Shown: in pieces, positions 1-8,029 of the stretch
How positions within the stretch are numbered: position 1 is the stretch's first letter
Layout of the letters: each line of letters opens with the position of its first letter
Origin: an uncultured Enterobacterales bacterium
GTDB taxonomy: Bacteria > Myxococcota_A > UBA796
Assembly: GCA_964554315.1 (NCBI GenBank)
Contig: CAZKOI010000003.1
Coordinates: 1-41,115, forward strand
DNA: 41,115 nt
Reading direction: 5' to 3'
The notes under the pieces: model-generated
What the model was told of the DNA's origin: nothing
The model's input: the letters and a program-made list of their open reading frames with translations, nothing else
Database searches by the model: none
Made by a program: the position numbers and the translations under genes

Positions 1-474
1 GCCAGTAGCCAGGGAACCATGCATAACCTCGCCGTCGGCTCAGACGGCGGCGTCTGGTACGAGACCCTTCCAGGAGGCTCAGGGGCGGGACCGGACTTCA
101 ATGGCTGCAGCGCTACTCAGGTTCACATGACCAACACAAAGACCACCGATGTTGAGCTCATCGAGGCTCGCTTCCCCGTGCGCATCACTCGGCTGGAGAT
201 TCGACGCGGCTCGGGCGGGTCCGGCGCGCATACCGGAGGGTGCGGCCTCATCAAGGAGTGGCTCTTCCTTGCGCCGGCAGAGGTTTCACTCCTCGCCGAG
301 CGAAGAGCGGCCGGCGCACCGGGTGCAAGCGGTGGCCGGCCGGGATTGCCCGGCGTGGACGAGGTCCACACGGGGACGGGGTGGAGCCCGATGCCCAAGC
401 GCTGGCGAGCCAGAGCAGGAGACAGGCTCCGCATCCTCACCCCCGGGGGAGGGGGTTTCGGACAGACGGACTGA
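1..474 (+). CDS. hydantoinase B/oxoprolinase family protein, C-terminal fragment (5' end outside the window)
   Basis: The frame-1 ORF is open to the left window edge. The translation ...RRGSGGSGAHTGGCGLIKEW...LTPGGGGFG resembles the conserved C-terminal end of HyuB/oxoprolinase-type proteins. TGA stop at 472-474. Confidence 0.65.
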   Translation, partial: ASSQGTMHNLAVGSDGGVWYETLPGGSGAGPDFNGCSATQVHMTNTKTTDVELIEARFPVRITRLEIRRGSGGSGAHTGGCGLIKEWLFLAPAEVSLLAERRAAGAPGASGGRPGLPGVDEVHTGTGWSPMPKRWRARAGDRLRILTPGGGGFGQTD

Positions 475-478
475 GCAG

Positions 479-640
479 TCAAGACTGCGGTGCTGTAAAG
501 GTGATGGTTTCCTCGTTGGGCCCCATGCGGCAGTGAGCCAAAAACTCACGAAGGGTCATGTTCAGGTCACGCGCGTGCGAGGTCCAGTAGGTCAGGACCT
601 TGCGCTTCACGTCCTTTCGGTCGCGTCCACGAAACTGCAT
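479..640 (-). CDS. small hypothetical protein, 53 aa (below the length cutoff of the supplied ORF track)
   Basis: Own translation of the minus strand: ATG at 640-638, MQFRGRDRKDVKRKVLTYWTSHARDLNMTLREFLAHCRMGPNEETITFTAPQS, TGA at 481-479. AGGAG (complement of 648-652) lies 7 nt upstream of the ATG. The gene abuts the convergent hyuB end with a 4-nt gap, like the other convergent pairs in the window. No family recognised. Confidence 0.3.
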   Translation of the reverse strand: MQFRGRDRKDVKRKVLTYWTSHARDLNMTLREFLAHCRMGPNEETITFTAPQS

Positions 641-903
641 TGGTGTGCTCCTGGGGAGGCCGGGCGCCGCTCTTGGGCGCAGCCAGGAGCGAGGTCAGGC
701 GAGAAAGGTTGGGCGGCTTAGTCGCATGAAGGGTTTCCGGCCGGGACCCTTGCCCGGCGGGTGACGAGTCGCGGTCCTCACGAACTGAGGGGGCGATCTC
801 AAGGGCTATTTGCCACGGGAATCCGCCCCCGTCAAGAGCATCCTGCATTCATCCGGTCACAGTGTTGTGACATCGGACATGTGTAGCGTTTTTAGACGCA
901 CGG

Positions 904-3066
904 ATGACGCCGGAGAGACCGCCGGAGAGTGGCCCAGGGCTTGCAGTCGACGACCCCATGATTTCTCCTCTCGCTTGGCTCGCCGTGGGCGCTGTCCTCG
1001 GTGCGTGGTCGTGGGCGCTGGCGGCCCTCACTCCGCCCCAGCTCGCGGCCGCGGCCTGCGCGGCGGCGGCGGCATCCTTCGCCCTCCCCGTGCGCCCTTC
1101 TCTGGTCCTGATCGGCATCGTCCTCGGGCAGGCCGCCATTGCTGCTCAGCCAGAGCCGGCAGCGCTCAGAGACTGGACCTCTGGCGAGGTCCTGGGGGTC
1201 TCGGGCCGATCCGTTCTCCTCAAGACACCCCAGGGCCACCTCTGGACCCAACTCTGGCCCAAACCCCCTCCTGTGGGCAGCCTCGTGGCAGGCCGCCTTC
1301 GGGCCTCCGCCCCTCGCCAGGCCCTCCCCGGCAGCTGGCCATCCCATGCTCAAGCCATCCTCTCCAGGGCTCATCAAGCCCGGATGCACCCGTGGGTCAG
1401 CCTGACCCCGAGCGAAGCGATGCCCACCGCCCTCGCGCATGTTCGACACCGCGGCCTTATCTGGGCGCTGGCAACAGGAGATCGATCCGCCATTGATGAC
1501 GAAACGACCAACCTGTTGCGCCGGACAGGAGCCGCCCACCTCCTCGCCATCAGTGGACTTCACGTCGGCATGGTCGCCGCGCTTGCTTGGGCCATCGCGT
1601 GGGCCCTGACCCGAGGCCTGACGTCGGGCCCCTGGCCGCCCATCGCGCGGGTCCTTCCTTCGCTCATGAGCGCGATCGCCGCCTGCCTCTACGCGCAGGC
1701 TGTCGGGTGGCCCGTCTCCACGCAGCGGGCCGCCATGATGGTCGCAGGAGCTTGTGCCTGCGCGATCATCGGGCGCCGGGTGGACCCCTGGCAGATCCTC
1801 GGCATCGCGGCGCTCGCGGTGCTCGCCGTCGAGCCTTCTCAGGTCGCCAGCCTGGGCTTTATGATGTCCTTCGGTGCGGCCGGGGCCCTCATCGGTTGGA
1901 TGCCTCGCTGGTCCACATGGACCGCCCATTACCTGCCGAGGCCCCTTCGCTGGGCGGCAAACAGTCTGGGTGTCACGCTCGTTGCCACACTCGGAACGCT
2001 TCCTTGCTCCGCCTGGGTCTTTCAGTCGGTCCCCATCGGAGGAATCCTCGCCAACCTGCTCGCAGTCCCCCTGTTCTCCCTGGTCACCGTGCCTGCTGCT
2101 CTCCTCGCGAGCTATGGTCCCGAGGTGTTCGCGAGCATGTTCGCTGCGATCGCGGAACGGAGCATCGACGCGGCCTTGGCATGGCTTGAAGTGTGCGATC
2201 TCGGCGAGCTCAATCCCGCCATCGGACCGGTCTTAGCCATCGCGCTCGCTGTCGCTGTGTTGACTCAACGCCCGAGGACGTTGGCGCTCATCGTGGCCTG
2301 CTCCGTGTTCTCCTTCTCTCTCCCGACCCGCGACCTTGTGGTCACGTTTCCCGCAGTGGGTCAGGGAAGCGCAGCGCTCGTTTCCTGGCCCGACGGCCGG
2401 ACGTGGCTCATTGACGGCGGCCCTGACGGACGCGGGCTGACTCAATGGCTTCGCCGCACCGGAATCGACACCCTTGATCGCGTCGTGGTCTCCCATCCTG
2501 ATCTCGATCACTTTGGCGGAATAGAGCCCGTCATCTCGTCGCTGGATATCGGCGAGCTGTGGTTATCGAGGCCGCCTGTGGCGGGCGAGGATCGGTACCG
2601 GCACCTGTGGCTCTTGGCTCACCAGAAGGCGATCACGATACGATCCTCCGTCGCTCAAGAGGGTCGTACGGACAACGATGCTGGCGTCGTCGTCAGCCTT
2701 CGTCACGGCCAGCACCGCTTCTTGTTCCTGGGGGATGTCAGTCGTGAAGTCGAGCGTGAGATTGCCCGTCAGCTACCGCGAACCTCTGTTGTTCAGATGA
2801 GCCATCATGGCTCAGGCCGATCGTCCGACCCTGCGATCGTCGATGCCACCAAAGCGGCGTTTGCCGTCGTTCAGAGCGGGCCAGGCAACCGCTACGGACA
2901 CCCGAGTCCCGAGGCAATCCGCCGCTGGTCCGGGACAAAGGTGCTTAGGACGGACACTCTCGGCAGCATCCGAATCCGGAGCAACGGGACCTCTTTGGTG
3001 GCACAGCGATGGGACCCGGTCTGGGGGTGGCGGTCCATACCCAGATCTCCTGCAGAGCAGCGTTGA
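904..3066 (+). CDS. comEC: DNA internalization-related competence protein ComEC/Rec2 (polytopic membrane domain plus C-terminal metallo-beta-lactamase domain)
   Basis: 720-aa ORF with many hydrophobic segments. It has the central competence-domain motif LLAISGLHVGMV and the C-terminal MBL motif VVVSHPDLDHFGG, followed by MSHHGS. The start is uncertain; an alternative ATG at 958 gives MISPLAWLAVGAV. Confidence 0.85.
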   Translation: MTPERPPESGPGLAVDDPMISPLAWLAVGAVLGAWSWALAALTPPQLAAAACAAAAASFALPVRPSLVLIGIVLGQAAIAAQPEPAALRDWTSGEVLGVSGRSVLLKTPQGHLWTQLWPKPPPVGSLVAGRLRASAPRQALPGSWPSHAQAILSRAHQARMHPWVSLTPSEAMPTALAHVRHRGLIWALATGDRSAIDDETTNLLRRTGAAHLLAISGLHVGMVAALAWAIAWALTRGLTSGPWPPIARVLPSLMSAIAACLYAQAVGWPVSTQRAAMMVAGACACAIIGRRVDPWQILGIAALAVLAVEPSQVASLGFMMSFGAAGALIGWMPRWSTWTAHYLPRPLRWAANSLGVTLVATLGTLPCSAWVFQSVPIGGILANLLAVPLFSLVTVPAALLASYGPEVFASMFAAIAERSIDAALAWLEVCDLGELNPAIGPVLAIALAVAVLTQRPRTLALIVACSVFSFSLPTRDLVVTFPAVGQGSAALVSWPDGRTWLIDGGPDGRGLTQWLRRTGIDTLDRVVVSHPDLDHFGGIEPVISSLDIGELWLSRPPVAGEDRYRHLWLLAHQKAITIRSSVAQEGRTDNDAGVVVSLRHGQHRFLFLGDVSREVEREIARQLPRTSVVQMSHHGSGRSSDPAIVDATKAAFAVVQSGPGNRYGHPSPEAIRRWSGTKVLRTDTLGSIRIRSNGTSLVAQRWDPVWGWRSIPRSPAEQR

Positions 3067-3067
3067 C

Positions 3068-3086
3068 ACCCCCATGGGACGGGGGT
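3068..3086 (+). terminator. candidate stem-loop just after the comEC stop
   Basis: ACCCCC (3068-3073), a 7-nt loop, then GGGGGT (3081-3086), starting 2 nt after the TGA at 3064-3066. There is no downstream U-tract, so the call is weak. Confidence 0.25.
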
Positions 3087-3102
3087 ACAAGAGGAGGGAG
3101 AC

Positions 3103-3133
3103 TTCAAACCCTTACGTAAACGTAAGATTTAAT
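3103..3133 (+). promoter_or_regulatory. candidate MerR-type promoter with a dyad operator in a 19-bp spacer
   Basis: TTCAAA (3103-3108), a 19-nt spacer, then TTTAAT (3128-3133). The spacer contains the inverted repeat CTTACGT-AA-ACGTAAG (3111-3126; 7-bp arms, 2-nt centre). It lies 22 nt upstream of the MerR-family gene ATG at 3155. Confidence 0.45.
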
Positions 3134-3154
3134 CCCTGATCCAACTGGCCATAA

Positions 3155-3637
3155 ATGTCCGCTGCAACCTTCCGAATCGGTGAGCTCGCCAAGCGTGCTG
3201 AGAAGACCGTGCGCACGATTCACTTCTACGAGGAGCTGGGCCTGCTCCAGCCGGCCTCACGCAGCCCAGGCGGATTTCGGATGTACAACAGTCAGGCGCT
3301 AGACCGCATCCACTGGATCGAGCGACTCCAGGAGCTCGGCTTCTCCCTCACCGACATCAAGCAGTTTCTCGCGGACTTCCACGCCCACGACACCGGGCCA
3401 CAGTCCATGGACGCCCTCCGGAGCTTCTACACCGAGAAGCTGGCCGAGACCCAGGAAGCGATCGGCCGCCTGCAGTCGCTAGCCGCCGAGCTCGAGGCCT
3501 CCATTTCTTACCTTCAGGCCTGCACCGGGTGCGCCGTGAGCGACCCCGTGCATGCCTGCGCACAGTGCGACGACGACCAACACTCCAACAGCGACACGCC
3601 GCGACTTGTGGCCACCATCGCGACGAGGCCTTCATGA
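3155..3637 (+). CDS. MerR family transcriptional regulator with a C-terminal CX2CX8CX2C cluster
   Basis: The N-terminal MerR helix-turn-helix signature is [26 protein letters not shown]...GGFRMY. A coiled-coil-like helix follows ([28 protein letters not shown]), then C123, C126, C135 and C138. The TGA overlaps the iscS ATG (ATGA at 3634-3637). Confidence 0.85.
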   Translation: MSAATFRIGELAKRAEKTVRTIHFYEELGLLQPASRSPGGFRMYNSQALDRIHWIERLQELGFSLTDIKQFLADFHAHDTGPQSMDALRSFYTEKLAETQEAIGRLQSLAAELEASISYLQACTGCAVSDPVHACAQCDDDQHSNSDTPRLVATIATRPS

Positions 3638-4857
3638 CGGTGAAGACCCCTATCTACCTGGACAACCATGCCACCACACCCTGCGACCCTCGCGTCGCTG
3701 AGGCCATGTGGCCCTACCTCACCGAGTCCTTCGGCAATGCTGCGAGCCGCAACCACGCCTTCGGCTGGGCGGCCAAGGAGGCCGTTGAGGTGGCGCGCGA
3801 ACAGATCGCTGATCTCCTCGGCGGCGACGCGAAGGAGATCGTGTTCACCTCCGGGGCCACCGAGTCGAACAACCTCGCCATCAAGGGCATTGCGAAGTTC
3901 TACCAGAGCCGCGGCAAGCACCTGATCACCGTAGCGACCGAGCACAAAGCGGTGCTGGACTCCGCCCACGCGCTCGAGGAAGAAGGCTGGGAAGTGACCT
4001 ACCTGGGCGTCGGCGAGGATGGCCGCGTCCAGCTTGACGAGCTCGAGGCCGCCTTCCGGGACGACACCGTGCTCGTGAGCGTGATGCTCGCGAACAACGA
4101 GATCGGTGTGATCCAGCCCATCGCCGAGATTGGCGAGCGATGCCGAGCGCGCGGAATCTTCTTCCACTGCGACGCAGTCCAGGGCTTGGGGCGCATTCCC
4201 TTCGACGTCAAGGACGCCAAGGTTGACCTCGTATCAATCTCGGCCCACAAGATGTACGGCCCCAAGGGCATTGGTGCGCTGTGGGTGAGACGCGGCCGCC
4301 CCCGGGTTCGCTTGGCGCCCATCATCGACGGCGGCGGCCACGAGCGAGGCATGCGGTCGGGCACGCTTCCCGTCCACCAGATTGTGGGATTCGGAAAGGC
4401 CGCCGAGCTCGCGAAGCAAGAACTTGAGAACGGCGGCATCGACCGCGTGCGGGCGCTCCGGGACAAGCTCTGGAGCGGCCTCCAGGAGCAGCTCGACGAG
4501 CTCTACCTGAACGGATCTTGGGAGCATCGCCTGCCCAACAACCTCAACGTCAGCTTTGCCTACGTGGAGGGTGAGGCCATGATGATGGGCATCAAGGACA
4601 TTGCCTGCTCATCAGGGTCCGCCTGCACCTCCGCCAGCCTCGAGCCGAGCTACGTCCTCCGCGCACTCGGCGTCGACGTCGAGCTCGCTCACACCTCCAT
4701 TCGCTTCGGCGTCGGACGCTTCACGACCGAGGAGGAGATCGACTTCGCGCTCGATCTCATCGTCAAGAAGGTGAAGTGGCTCCGGAGCATGTCACCCCTG
4801 TACGAGATGGTGCAAGAAGGCATTGATCTCAAGACCATCCAGTGGACTGCCCACTAG
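3634..4857 (+). CDS. iscS: cysteine desulfurase IscS (PLP-dependent)
   Basis: [16 protein letters not shown] start, the PLP-lysine motif [12 protein letters not shown], the active-site loop [21 protein letters not shown] and the C-terminal ...KTIQWTAH. The listed ORF starts at 3529. I chose the ATG at 3634 because it overlaps the upstream stop and matches the usual IscS N-terminus. Confidence 0.93.
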   Translation: MTVKTPIYLDNHATTPCDPRVAEAMWPYLTESFGNAASRNHAFGWAAKEAVEVAREQIADLLGGDAKEIVFTSGATESNNLAIKGIAKFYQSRGKHLITVATEHKAVLDSAHALEEEGWEVTYLGVGEDGRVQLDELEAAFRDDTVLVSVMLANNEIGVIQPIAEIGERCRARGIFFHCDAVQGLGRIPFDVKDAKVDLVSISAHKMYGPKGIGALWVRRGRPRVRLAPIIDGGGHERGMRSGTLPVHQIVGFGKAAELAKQELENGGIDRVRALRDKLWSGLQEQLDELYLNGSWEHRLPNNLNVSFAYVEGEAMMMGIKDIACSSGSACTSASLEPSYVLRALGVDVELAHTSIRFGVGRFTTEEEIDFALDLIVKKVKWLRSMSPLYEMVQEGIDLKTIQWTAH

Positions 4858-4874
4858 CAACTGAGGACCGAATC

Positions 4875-5261
4875 ATGGCCTACAGCGATAAAGTTATTGA
4901 CCACCTTGAGAACCCTCGGAACGTGGGCAGCATGGATCGGAATGATCCGGATGTCGGCACCGGCATGGTGGGCGCGCCCGCCTGCGGCGACGTGATGAAG
5001 CTCCAGCTCAAGATCAACGACAGCGGAATCATCGAGGACGCAAAGTTCAAGACCTTCGGGTGCGGCTCAGCGATCGCCTCAAGCTCGCTCATCACCACCA
5101 TGGTGAAGGGGCAGTCCATTGATCAAGCGCTGGCCATCTCCAACGCTGAGATCGCCAAGGAGCTGTCGCTCCCTCCCGTCAAGATCCACTGCTCGGTGCT
5201 GGCTGAGGATGCCATCAAGGCCGCGATCAACGACTACCAGACCAAGAAAGGGAACGGATAA
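4875..5261 (+). CDS. iscU: Fe-S cluster assembly scaffold IscU
   Basis: MAYSDKVIDHLENPRNVG, GAPACGDVMKL, FKTFGCGSAIASSS and IHCSVLAEDAIKAAINDY (three conserved Cys). GAGGA lies 7 nt upstream of the ATG at 4875. Confidence 0.93.
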   Translation: MAYSDKVIDHLENPRNVGSMDRNDPDVGTGMVGAPACGDVMKLQLKINDSGIIEDAKFKTFGCGSAIASSSLITTMVKGQSIDQALAISNAEIAKELSLPPVKIHCSVLAEDAIKAAINDYQTKKGNG

Positions 5262-5264
5262 GCC

Positions 5265-5597
5265 ATGGCCGTGACGATGACCGACGCTGCGATCAAGCGG
5301 GTGAGGACGCTCTGTAAGAAGCGTCAGACACCCGACGCGGTCCTACGGGTCGGCGTCCGCGGCGGCGGCTGCTCGGGCTTGTCGTACTTCATGGACTTTG
5401 TGGAGCAAGCCGAGGAGAAGGACAAGATCTTCGAGTTTGGCGAGCCCGCGGTTACCCTGGCTGTGGACCGCAAGTCGTACCTCTTCCTCAACGGCACCGA
5501 GATCGACTTTGAGCAAACCATGATGAAGAGTGGGTTTCAGTTCAACAACCCCATCGCCGGCCGGTCCTGCTCCTGCGGTGAGTCGTTCACGCTCTAG
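5265..5597 (+). CDS. iscA: A-type Fe-S carrier IscA/HesB family
   Basis: 110 aa with LRVGVRGGGCSGLSY and the C-terminal CSCGESF motif. It follows iscU after 3 nt. Confidence 0.9.
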   Translation: MAVTMTDAAIKRVRTLCKKRQTPDAVLRVGVRGGGCSGLSYFMDFVEQAEEKDKIFEFGEPAVTLAVDRKSYLFLNGTEIDFEQTMMKSGFQFNNPIAGRSCSCGESFTL

Positions 5598-5606
5598 AGG
5601 CTGGTC

Positions 5607-6167
5607 TTGATCTGCTGGCAATGCCATGAGTCGACCCAGGGGGCGGTGTGCGTCGGATGTGGCGCCCTTCAGCCCCCGCCGCCAAAGGCCGACCCCTTTG
5701 TGGTTCTCGGCCTCCCGCGCCGGTTCGCCACCGATGCAGAGTCGGTCGAGGCAGCTTGGCGGGCCGTGTCGCGCGCGGTTCATCCCGACCGCTGGGCGGG
5801 CAAGCCGGCCGTCTTCCGACGGATGAGCCTTCAGTGGACCGCAGCCGTCAACGAGGCTCGCCGCGTTCTCTCGGACCCCCTCTCTCGAGCCTGGTACCTC
5901 GCCACCGGCTCGCCATCACCGCCCGAGCGAGGCGGACCTCAGCCCGACGGTGACTTCCTCGAGGCCATCTTCGATCTCCAGATGATGAGTGCTGCCGATC
6001 CTGAAGGAGCAAGAGAGACCGTACGGCAGATGTGGGATACACACCGCCAGCAGCTCGACCAAGCCTTCAGCGCCTACGAGTCAGGCTGCGGCACCCTCGA
6101 TGGCGTGGAGATGATTCTCGCTAAGCTGCAATATCTGAACACCGCGCGCACCCAGACAGGCGCATAG
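5607..6167 (+). CDS. hscB: Fe-S co-chaperone HscB (J-domain) with an N-terminal tetracysteine motif
   Basis: J-domain sequence [35 protein letters not shown] (HPD present) and position between iscA and hscA. TTG start at 5607 with AGAGG 6 nt upstream. No in-frame ATG exists before the Cys motif C3-X2-C6-X8-C15-X2-C18. Confidence 0.8.
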   Translation: MICWQCHESTQGAVCVGCGALQPPPPKADPFVVLGLPRRFATDAESVEAAWRAVSRAVHPDRWAGKPAVFRRMSLQWTAAVNEARRVLSDPLSRAWYLATGSPSPPERGGPQPDGDFLEAIFDLQMMSAADPEGARETVRQMWDTHRQQLDQAFSAYESGCGTLDGVEMILAKLQYLNTARTQTGA

Positions 6168-6178
6168 ACGGAGCCGCC

Positions 6179-8020
6179 ATGGCCAACATTGGTATCGATC
6201 TCGGAACCACCCACTCCCTCGTTGCCGTCGTCATCGATGGCAAGGCACGCGTGCTGCTCGATGACGATGAGCGCCCCCTCCTGCCCAGCGCTGTCCGCTA
6301 CGACGGAGAGGGTCAGCCCGTCAGCGTCGGCTACCCCGCGCTCGAGGCTGCACCCAACCCCGACGGAACCACCTTCACCAGCGTCAAGCGCTTCATGGGC
6401 CGGTCCGGTGCGGAGGTCGCTGACGAAGCCCGACTCTTTCGCTACGACTTGGTCGAAGATGACGCACAGGCCGTTCGATTTCGGGTGGGCCCGAGGGAAG
6501 TCACCCCGATCGAGGTGAGCTCATTCATCCTGCGCCTGCTCCACGCGCGCGCCGAGGAGTGTTTGTTTGGGCGACCCGGGGGCGCGGTCATTACGGTTCC
6601 AGCCTACTTTGACGACGCCCAGCGCCAGTCCACCCGCGATGCCGCCAAGGTGGCAGGAATCAACGTCCTGCGACTCCTCAATGAGCCCACCGCCGCCGCC
6701 CTCGCCTATGGCCTCAACGAGGGCAAGGAAGGCCAGACCGTCGCCGTGTTCGACCTCGGCGGAGGCACCTTCGACATCTCCATCCTCCGGCTCGAGGACG
6801 GCATCTTCCAGGTCCTCAGTACCGCCGGTGACACCCACTTGGGGGGTGACGACTTCGACCAAGCACTCGCTGGGGTCCTGCTCAGCCAGGCGGGCATTAC
6901 CGATGCCGACGGTCCGACTTACCGTGCCGCTATCGGGGCCGCTGAGCGCGCCAAGCGGGCCTTGTCGGCCGAAGACACCGCCACGCTGAGCGCAACCCTC
7001 GGCGGCCAAGCCGTCGAGGCGGAGATTGATCGCGCGAGCTTTGAGAACTTGATCCGACCCATCGTGAGCCGAACTGGAAATGCCTGCCAGCAGGCCTTGA
7101 GCGATGCCGGTCTGAGCGCCAGCGACATCGATGAGGTCGTGCTCGTGGGCGGCTCGACGCGGGTCCCTCTCGTTCGCGCTTTCGTCGCCGAGCTCTTCGG
7201 GCGGACCCCGCACTGCGATCTCGACCCGGACCAGGTCGTGGCCTTGGGTGCCGCTCTTCAGGCGGACATCCTCACGGGAGAGAGCGAGCTGGCTGAGGAC
7301 ATGCTGTTGCTCGATGTCGTGCCGCTCAGCCTGGGTCTCGAGATGATGGGCGGCGTCGTGGAGCGGCTGATTCCTCGCTGCAGCGCGATCCCTGCTGCCC
7401 AGTCGCAGACCTTCACCACCCATGTCGACAACCAGACCGCGGTCGATATTCACATCGTACAGGGCGAGCGAGAGTTGGTCGGAGACTGCCGCAGCCTAGG
7501 GCGCTTCAAGCTCACAGGAATCGCCCCGCAGCCCGCCGGAACACCCCGAATCAAGGTGGAGTTCATGGTCGATGCAGACGGCATCCTTCGCGTGCAGGCA
7601 ACGGATGCGGCGACGGGCGCCAACACCAGCGTCGAGGTTCAGCCCAGCTACGGCTTGTCCGAAGACGAGATCGAGACGATGCTTGAGGCGGCCATCGACC
7701 ACGCAGAGAGCGACGTCGATGAACGGCTGCTGATCGATGCGCGAATTGAGGCCGAGCAGATCGCGAACCAGGTCCAGAAGGCCATCGCCGCCGATGGAGA
7801 CATGCTCGAGGCTCCCGAGCGCGCCCAGATTGAGGACCTCTTGGACACCCTTAGAGACGCCATGAGCGGCGGAGACCGCCACCGAATCTCCGAGCTCTCT
7901 CACCGGATCGATGAGGTCACGGCACCCTTCGCCCAGCGGCGAATCGAGCGAGACCTCGAGCTTGCCATTCAGGGCAAGGCGGCCTCGGAGGTTGCGAAGG
8001 AACTGGGCGTCTCGAAGTAG
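6179..8020 (+). CDS. hscA: Fe-S protein assembly chaperone HscA (Hsp70 family)
   Basis: 613 aa with [35 protein letters not shown] and a C-terminal helical lid. It sits directly after hscB. Confidence 0.9.
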   Translation: MANIGIDLGTTHSLVAVVIDGKARVLLDDDERPLLPSAVRYDGEGQPVSVGYPALEAAPNPDGTTFTSVKRFMGRSGAEVADEARLFRYDLVEDDAQAVRFRVGPREVTPIEVSSFILRLLHARAEECLFGRPGGAVITVPAYFDDAQRQSTRDAAKVAGINVLRLLNEPTAAALAYGLNEGKEGQTVAVFDLGGGTFDISILRLEDGIFQVLSTAGDTHLGGDDFDQALAGVLLSQAGITDADGPTYRAAIGAAERAKRALSAEDTATLSATLGGQAVEAEIDRASFENLIRPIVSRTGNACQQALSDAGLSASDIDEVVLVGGSTRVPLVRAFVAELFGRTPHCDLDPDQVVALGAALQADILTGESELAEDMLLLDVVPLSLGLEMMGGVVERLIPRCSAIPAAQSQTFTTHVDNQTAVDIHIVQGERELVGDCRSLGRFKLTGIAPQPAGTPRIKVEFMVDADGILRVQATDAATGANTSVEVQPSYGLSEDEIETMLEAAIDHAESDVDERLLIDARIEAEQIANQVQKAIAADGDMLEAPERAQIEDLLDTLRDAMSGGDRHRISELSHRIDEVTAPFAQRRIERDLELAIQGKAASEVAKELGVSK

Positions 8021-8029
8021 ACTCTCGGC

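Noticed and set aside
786-834. A long-loop stem (GGGGGCG 789-795 pairing with CGCCCCC 824-830) upstream of comEC, considered as a structured RNA or riboswitch.
   Set aside because: It is a single 7-bp stem with a 28-nt unstructured loop, and I recognise no known riboswitch consensus. It is likely chance pairing in GC-rich DNA.
567-848. A 93-aa minus-strand ORF in the hyuB-comEC intergenic region.
   Set aside because: It has a low-complexity Pro/Gly/Ala/Arg composition, overlaps the better-supported 53-aa ORF in another frame, and has no SD or recognisable motif.
3529-3633. A 35-codon N-terminal extension of iscS in the ORF track.
   Set aside because: The extension lies inside the MerR-family gene in another frame and is Arg-rich nonsense. 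The ATG at 3634 gives the canonical IscS N-terminus and an ATGA overlap with the upstream stop.
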